Shown here piece after piece: positions 58,605 to 64,000 of a stretch of DNA of 64,000 nucleotides. Source of the stretch: Candidatus Cloacimonadales bacterium (GTDB taxonomy: Bacteria > Cloacimonadota > Cloacimonadia > Cloacimonadales > JAFGVF01); contig OY762964.1 of NCBI GenBank assembly GCA_963667035.1, forward strand, positions 1,600,001 through 1,664,000. The letters are read 5' to 3'. The notes under the pieces were generated by a model. That model was given only the letters and a program-made list of their open reading frames with translations, was not told the DNA's origin and made no database searches. How positions within the stretch are numbered: the stretch's first letter is position 1; each line of letters begins with the position of its first letter. The position numbers were made by a program, and so were the translations under genes.

Positions 58605-60703
58605 AGTTTGACTCCTATTCCATTTAAGTCTATCTTCTTCAGTTGTTCTTCAGTTAAAATCGAACCTGCTGACTCAGGGGTTAGTTTTGGAGGGGGAACA
58701 TCAGCAGGTTCGAGCGTGAGGGTATTGACCTTGTTTTCTTTCTCAGGAATATGTTCAGGAGAAGGAATTGGTATTTGTTTTGGTTTAGCTTTCTCTTCGA
58801 TGTAATTCTGATCTGTAATCAAGTGTATATCTTCAGGAGTAGTAATCTCTAAAGGATTGCGTTTTACATATAAATCAGTTGCTTCAGACAGCTTTTGAGC
58901 AGCTTTCTTAGCTTCTTTCTCAAGCTTTCGGTGTAGTTTCAAGGTGTCAGCAAGTTGCCTTCTATCAAGTTCTGCAGTATCAGATAGCTTGTAGTGTGGA
59001 TGGTGCAATTTCTTAGCTTCAGCTTGGCAAACAAACTGATCATCTACATAAACAAGCACTGACTTAATTGACCAAGTGTCATATCTTACCAAGGCACGCT
59101 TTCCTACATGATCAACTAATACAGGAGACCAGTAATCTACTTTCTGAACCCTTACACCTTCATTGCTAATTTTAACACTCGCTTTTTCAAGCATAAGGTG
59201 GTTGAGCTGCTTAGAGGAGATTAACCTGGATACTGGAGCTTTAAAAGCTTCAAGTACTTCTAAAGGTTTGCGTCCATCAAGCCCTTTATGAGGTGTCATT
59301 CCGTAAATATTGATCATCCACGCATTAAGACACATCTTAAACTCTTCTATAGGAATCGGAGATCTATCATTCAGGCTTGCTGTGAACTTCTCATTACGTT
59401 TCATAGAAGCTGGTTTTGCCTGATTATTTTCTCCTCTCCAACTCTTATGGAAACGTTCAAAACCGTTCTGCATAGTAAGCCAGAAGCGTTCTATCACTTT
59501 TGACTTGGCGTTATATGGTTGAGAGAAACTGACAACTATTCCAAGTGCATGATAGATACCTTCAAGTTGTTCTTCAGGTAGCTTAGGTGCTTCAAGTCCT
59601 TTTCTGGTTGAGCCTATGAATATCTTGCTTCTATAAGCCTTACCATTGTCTATTTGCACAAGCTTTGGAATGTAACCAGTAAACAAGCAGCTATTTCTAA
59701 AGCTCAGTTTGATTACATCTGCATTCTCTGTACGATTTATACTTAAACCCACACACATCCTACTACCTGCATCAAACCACCCAATAAGTGTTGGACGGAA
59801 TACATTCCCGTTCTCATCCATCACATCAAGGTTCATCTCTTTGCCGTCAGAGACCCACATGTCACCCGGTTGTATCAAGCTCCAGTCTCTTTGAACCGTA
59901 GGAAGAACTTTCTCACGAAAATGCTTTGTACCTTTTCGAAGCAGATTCCATAAGGGACGATTTTTATCCTGCCAATCCTTAACAAAACGATAAAGAGTGT
60001 AACTGGTGACTGGTATCATCTTTCCTGCTAATCGATATTCATGCTCAACTTGAGAGATTGCAGACATGATAGGAATCTCACTATCTCTTTTCAGGTAAGC
60101 CAATAACCTAATCTGCACATCTGGGGGGACATTATGACCGTGAGACCGCTCATAGTTAGGCATCAAAGCCCTGTAATCACCGTTGGCATCATTTAAATCG
60201 TGTTCCCAACGCTCCAATGACCTAGGTGAGATCTTTTTCAATCTTGGTTCTGCCCAACTGTATAGTCCGGCTTTGTAATTCAGCACAAAGTCCTTTCTCT
60301 GTTTGGTTATGCTTCCGGGTGTAATCCCGGCAAGAAAGCGTCGAACAATCTCAGCCTTTACAATAGCCTCACGTTCATGCTTCAGGGTAATCTTGCTCTT
60401 TTTCTCCGGGAAAACAGACAACTCGTTAAGAATTGAATCATCTATACTACTGGGTACGTGAGCTTCAAGCTCACTGGGTCCGCAGGCATCCTTGCCTGCA
60501 TCATTTTGCATTTTGCATTCATCATTTAGCATTTCGACCGGGACGGTCGGTGCTTCAACCCAATACAAGAAAACCTGTCCACCCTTACCACGTCCGGGAA
60601 CAGACTTACTTTCAAGCTTGCCGTTACTACCCCAGTTACGGATAGTCCGAGGGCTTACTCCAAGAGCCTCTGCTGCTTCGTTACAAGTTAACCATTTCTT
60701 CAT
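58601..60703 (-). CDS. MuA-like DDE transposase
   Basis: N-terminal HTH, WVSDG / DNGKAY / KVIERF triad, PHKGL, RYD; ATG 60703 has an RBS. Confidence 0.93.
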   Translation of the reverse strand: MKKWLTCNEAAEALGVSPRTIRNWGSNGKLESKSVPGRGKGGQVFLYWVEAPTVPVEMLNDECKMQNDAGKDACGPSELEAHVPSSIDDSILNELSVFPEKKSKITLKHEREAIVKAEIVRRFLAGITPGSITKQRKDFVLNYKAGLYSWAEPRLKKISPRSLERWEHDLNDANGDYRALMPNYERSHGHNVPPDVQIRLLAYLKRDSEIPIMSAISQVEHEYRLAGKMIPVTSYTLYRFVKDWQDKNRPLWNLLRKGTKHFREKVLPTVQRDWSLIQPGDMWVSDGKEMNLDVMDENGNVFRPTLIGWFDAGSRMCVGLSINRTENADVIKLSFRNSCLFTGYIPKLVQIDNGKAYRSKIFIGSTRKGLEAPKLPEEQLEGIYHALGIVVSFSQPYNAKSKVIERFWLTMQNGFERFHKSWRGENNQAKPASMKRNEKFTASLNDRSPIPIEEFKMCLNAWMINIYGMTPHKGLDGRKPLEVLEAFKAPVSRLISSKQLNHLMLEKASVKISNEGVRVQKVDYWSPVLVDHVGKRALVRYDTWSIKSVLVYVDDQFVCQAEAKKLHHPHYKLSDTAELDRRQLADTLKLHRKLEKEAKKAAQKLSEATDLYVKRNPLEITTPEDIHLITDQNYIEEKAKPKQIPIPSPEHIPEKENKVNTLTLEPADVPPPKLTPESAGSILTEEQLKKIDLNGIGVKL
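60449..60536 (+). repeat. Two REP-like units plus five 7-bp units inside the transposase linker
   Basis: Hairpins at 60449 and 60473, then CATTTTG CATTTTG CATTCAT CATTTAG CATTTCG. Confidence 0.85.
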
Positions 60704-60791
60704 AACTTCTCCAATATAGTGTGTAATAGCCCTCACTGGGTACGCTGGCATCCTGCCGGCACATAACCACCCGGTGAGGGTTGGTTACACA

Positions 60792-61742
60792 CTATCGTTG
60801 GGACGATATTTCTTTATTTGGTTGCTTCTTGGTCGCTTCACCGGGAAGGAGTCCCAGCTCATTCCAACCCTCGCAGGTAGATACTGCATCACCATCCTCT
60901 AAAACAATACCTATTACCATATTCAATAAGTTTAAAGCTGCACCGCGTGCCGTAAGTGTGAGCCTATAAATGTCTACCTCGCTAGGTTCTGGGACGAATA
61001 TACCCCTGTTTTGAATTAGGTCCCTTGTGAGCTTTAAATTACCCAAGTCTGATTCTGCTCTCAACAAGGATATACGCTGATAGAACATATCTGAGACATC
61101 TTCACCATCAATGGTAAATATTGGGTTGCGGATAATAGAACTGGAACCGCAGGCATCCTGCCTGCACTCTTTCCCCTTCTCCACCGCCCTAATAACATAA
61201 AGCTCTCCTTCCTCACTAAGCTTCAGACCATGAGCCTCTAATGCATCATCAAGCTCACTCCAACACTCCATCGGGAGCAGGGATATAGCTTTCGAAAGAC
61301 CTGTTTCCGGAGGAATTGATATTGAATTAAAGATCGGAAGTGCTCTAAACCTATCAAGTACCTGCCGAACTATCTCATTAATACGTTTAGTGACTGAGTT
61401 ATCAGCTCCAAAATCTCCCGTGTAAGGACGCTTAGGTGCGTCAGATGGTGATAGGTCTGCTATTACTGCCTGTCCCTGAATGTCCCTGCCTGTCCCTTCA
61501 GGCTCCGGTATCTCGTAAGGATGCTGTCGAAGCAGCCCAATTATAGGTTCCACGCACCAATAATAGTAAGTTCTGATGCCGCCGTAATCGCAGATTACAG
61601 CTAAAAAACTCACATCGGTTATTTTAAACTCTACCTTACCAAGGTACCAAACTTGACCCTCTTCTAGCTCCACTCCGTGGAGATATACCTTCCCTTCAAT
61701 AATCTCCACTCCATTATCAATTATGCATTTGTCATTCTTCAT
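60792..61742 (-). CDS. Hypothetical early protein containing repeat-derived segments
   Basis: Long ORF with a REP-like unit at 61140, a 10-bp repeat at 61471-61500 and heptamers at its start. Confidence 0.6.
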   Translation of the reverse strand: MKNDKCIIDNGVEIIEGKVYLHGVELEEGQVWYLGKVEFKITDVSFLAVICDYGGIRTYYYWCVEPIIGLLRQHPYEIPEPEGTGRDIQGQAVIADLSPSDAPKRPYTGDFGADNSVTKRINEIVRQVLDRFRALPIFNSISIPPETGLSKAISLLPMECWSELDDALEAHGLKLSEEGELYVIRAVEKGKECRQDACGSSSIIRNPIFTIDGEDVSDMFYQRISLLRAESDLGNLKLTRDLIQNRGIFVPEPSEVDIYRLTLTARGAALNLLNMVIGIVLEDGDAVSTCEGWNELGLLPGEATKKQPNKEISSQR

Positions 61743-61746
61743 TCTT

Positions 61747-62034
61747 CTATCCCCTCCAACCGGAATAAATTGTTCTTATTTGGTTAGTAAAAATGGTGTT
61801 GTGATTCCACTCCACATAGTACTCATCAACAGACATAAACACTTTGAATAACCCTTCTATTGGGTTGTAATGTACTTGTAGGTAAACCTCCTCAGATAGC
61901 CCGGTAACAATACCACGCTGAGTAAACTTAACGTTGAGCTTTGTAGTTTCCCTAATTGCCTCCACAAACGCATTCAGACTCATCTTATCACGCTTCACGT
62001 TCAGTTCTTTCTTCTCGCATCTTACATCTTCCAT
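61747..62034 (-). CDS. Hypothetical early protein
   Basis: Coupled ORF in the early operon. Confidence 0.55.
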   Translation of the reverse strand: MEDVRCEKKELNVKRDKMSLNAFVEAIRETTKLNVKFTQRGIVTGLSEEVYLQVHYNPIEGLFKVFMSVDEYYVEWNHNTIFTNQIRTIYSGWRG

Positions 62035-62270
62035 TATTTCACCCCTCGTGAGAAATCAGTAGATTCATTATCGCTCATGAACTCATTATGAGCTTTCTCA
62101 AGTCTCTGCTGAATGTCCTTGAACTTTCGTTGATATGACTCAACTTCGAGAACTTTATCCTGAAAACGCCCCTTAAGCCTTGCTTCTTCAATGAAGCAGC
62201 GAATTGCAAAAACTATCAGGATGATGCAAATCACTGAAATAGTGATGACGGTTATATATATATCAACCAT
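62034..62270 (-). CDS. Small TM plus coiled-coil protein
   Basis: AGGAGGAG RBS; hydrophobic N-terminus. Confidence 0.6.
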   Translation of the reverse strand: MVDIYITVITISVICIILIVFAIRCFIEEARLKGRFQDKVLEVESYQRKFKDIQQRLEKAHNEFMSDNESTDFSRGVK

Positions 62271-62282
62271 TTGACTCCTCCT

Positions 62283-62546
62283 TTACTGCATACGCGAGCT
62301 TCCGGCTCGCATTTTCCCGGACACAACTGCCAACTCCTCGGAAAAGTTTGTTACTATCCATGAATATACCTTTGGATTGTTACGCCTCCCATTCACCACA
62401 GCTCCAACCATCTGGGGTCCCACTTCACAGACACCTTGATCATGTAGCATGAAGGAGATCCATGAAGGTGAGTATCCTCCATTTTTAAGCACTATTGCCG
62501 CCTTCAACTGCTCCGGTGTGTAATTGACTACTTTTGTCTTTCCCAT
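62283..62546 (-). CDS. Ner/Cro-like regulator candidate
   Basis: LKAAIVL..G.S...I...V..VVNGRR; divergent from CI. Confidence 0.55.
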   Translation of the reverse strand: MGKTKVVNYTPEQLKAAIVLKNGGYSPSWISFMLHDQGVCEVGPQMVGAVVNGRRNNPKVYSWIVTNFSEELAVVSGKMRAGSSRMQ

Positions 62547-62555
62547 AGCTAATTC

Positions 62556-62744
62556 CTATAACTCTTTCTTGATTTTATTGATTACTGACCCAATATCTGC
62601 ATAGCGGCTTGCACCCATGCTCATTATTAGGTCCTCGGTTGTCGTGAAACGCCCATCCTCGTCTTCTTCAAGATCGTAATATGTTTTCTTTAGAACATAT
62701 TCCACGATTTTAGCCTCTTCAGCACTTATCCTTAAAGTCACCAT
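62556..62744 (-). CDS. First early gene, hypothetical
   Basis: AGGAGG RBS. Confidence 0.55.
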   Translation of the reverse strand: MVTLRISAEEAKIVEYVLKKTYYDLEEDEDGRFTTTEDLIMSMGASRYADIGSVINKIKKEL

Positions 62745-62810
62745 ACCTAGTACCTCCTATTTTATGTTCTTGACTTTTATTCCTTCGGTGTTTTTGTAGA
62801 TACAGTGACA

Positions 62811-62863
62811 TAAATATGTAAATTCTACATATTAGTCAAGCTGTTTTATGCAATAACTACATA
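62811..62863. promoter_or_regulatory. Early promoter and two 17-bp operators
   Basis: TATGTA-N5-TACATA (62815-31) and TATGCA-N5-TACATA (62847-63); minus-strand TTGACT-17-TATTTA. Confidence 0.7.
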
Positions 62864-62874
62864 AAGGTGTTTTA

Positions 62875-63516
62875 ATGATTGGCAAAAGATTGAAGGAAAT
62901 TAGGATATCTCAAGGACTTACGCAAATGCAAATTTCTTCAGTATTGGAGATAAATCAGGGCAATTATAGTAGGTTAGAGAAGAATAACATAGAACCGAAT
63001 ATGCCATTATTACATAAAATCAGTAAACTATATAGTGTTAATCTGCATTGGCTCCTAACCGGAGAAGGTAATATGCTTCTTGATTCTCCTGATTTACCTA
63101 AAGTCTCATTCCCAGTAACTCACGAGATGAAAGAAATCCCTATATCTGCTGAAATCTCAGCCGGGGAACCAATCGAAGCAATCGACCACGAGCTTGGTGT
63201 TGTCCAGGTCTCCAGTGCATTACCTGTAGAGAGCCTTGTAGCATTCCGGGTAAATGGTGCAAGTATGAAGCCTGTAGTGCAGCATAATGATATTGTGATT
63301 ATCAACCGGGACTGTCTTGAAGATTGTTATGATAACCGGATAGTAGCTGTAAGAATAGATGATGGTATCACCCTAAAGAAGTTTGTCCTGGATCATGAAA
63401 GTAAAAATGCCTGGTTATTCCCTTTCAATCTTCAGTACAAACCAATAAAACTCAATGACAACATGGATATCAGAATCATAGGAGTATTGGACTATCTAAT
63501 AAGATCTTTTAAGTAG
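62875..63516 (+). CDS. CI-like repressor (XRE HTH plus S24 peptidase)
   Basis: RLKEIR..GLTQ, WLLTG, ISAG cleavage site, GASM, TLKK. Confidence 0.92.
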   Translation: MIGKRLKEIRISQGLTQMQISSVLEINQGNYSRLEKNNIEPNMPLLHKISKLYSVNLHWLLTGEGNMLLDSPDLPKVSFPVTHEMKEIPISAEISAGEPIEAIDHELGVVQVSSALPVESLVAFRVNGASMKPVVQHNDIVIINRDCLEDCYDNRIVAVRIDDGITLKKFVLDHESKNAWLFPFNLQYKPIKLNDNMDIRIIGVLDYLIRSFK

Positions 63517-63525
63517 GAGGAATTT

Positions 63526-64000
63526 ATGTGGTTTGTTTTATTGCTAATAATCGCTATTGTTGTTTATGCAATCTATAAGAAGTATTTCACGAAAGTTATC
63601 ATTAATGGTCAAACTAAAATTGTTCCATTGAGTAGCCTCAAATCGGATTATATCTCCACCCGTTATCCTAAAGGTATTGAGTTCGAAATGACAGGAAATC
63701 GCTTAAGAATCGTTTATGAATCTGCTAAGATAATTTCTGAAACTAAGAATATGGGTACTCTTATCAGTAGATTACATGTTCTCTTAGATAATTTAAGCAA
63801 GCTAGAAGAGTTGTCCATCGATGAGATATACAGTAACTACGAAAGTTTACTGCTTGAGTTTGTGACAAAAGGTAAATTAATAGATTCAAAGATAGCTAAT
63901 TTTAAGAGTTTTAGAGATAATATAACATGCCCTTATTGCAGTCATTTGTTCGATAAACCCGTAAGTCGAATGAGAAACTGTCCTCAGTGCAAAAATAAAA
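63526..64000 (+). CDS. Membrane-anchored protein with Zn ribbon, truncated by the window; missing from the ORF track
   Basis: GGAGG RBS; MWFVLLLIIAIVVYAIYKK...CPYC...CPQC, open to the end. Confidence 0.75.
   Translation, partial: MWFVLLLIIAIVVYAIYKKYFTKVIINGQTKIVPLSSLKSDYISTRYPKGIEFEMTGNRLRIVYESAKIISETKNMGTLISRLHVLLDNLSKLEELSIDEIYSNYESLLLEFVTKGKLIDSKIANFKSFRDNITCPYCSHLFDKPVSRMRNCPQCKNK

Larger units (their letters stand above)
35450..64000. mobile_element. Mu-like transposable prophage with non-contractile tail; extends past the window, exact left boundary uncertain (35370-35455)
   Basis: MuA, MuB, GemA-like, DUF3164-like, gp36/gp37/gpG, Mu-type portal and MuF, terminase, capsid, tape measure; no integrase or sheath gene seen. 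Confidence 0.93.

Noticed and set aside
60704..60751. Transposase N-terminal extension MPAYPVR...
   Set aside because: That ATG comes from a REP-like hairpin; ATG 60703 has the RBS and starts the HTH.

Overview
AT-rich bacterial DNA, probably FCB-group. Ca. Cloacimonadota is a plausible but unverified guess, based on the secreted proteins ending in NYPNPFNPSTTISF...KMxLMK. The window has three zones. (1) 1-9.3 kb and 20-35.3 kb hold host genes: PhoH-like, alr with a long C-terminal extension, a probable pseudokinase, miaB, an MFS transporter, recF, dnaN, an SBP/histidine kinase/two-receiver cluster, coaE, a diadenylate cyclase, folP, tonB/exbD/exbB, class II nrdJ, an M55 peptidase and sdpRI. 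(2) 9.3-19.85 kb lies between the 3' ends of convergent tRNA-Arg(CCT) and tRNA-Gly(CCC). It carries three secreted LamG proteins, two of which share a near-identical 1.08-kb 3' half, plus a TPR/sigma54 activator facing a readable -24/-12 promoter. (3) From ~35.4 kb to the window end is an apparently intact Mu-like transposable prophage with a non-contractile tail. It includes MuA, MuB, a cleavable CI, TerS/TerL, a ClpP-type protease, capsid, tape measure and a -1 frameshifting tail chaperone. Most notable: (a) 13 copies of a ~27-bp REP-like hairpin at 8 loci, found only in the prophage, all on the + strand, with covarying stems, and often translated in frame inside phage proteins; (b) a single portal-MuF-nuclease fusion ORF with a 4-unit hairpin array at the fusion joint, no co-directional immunity gene, and a convergent candidate small RNA. 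All calls come from motif recognition by eye; no searches were run.
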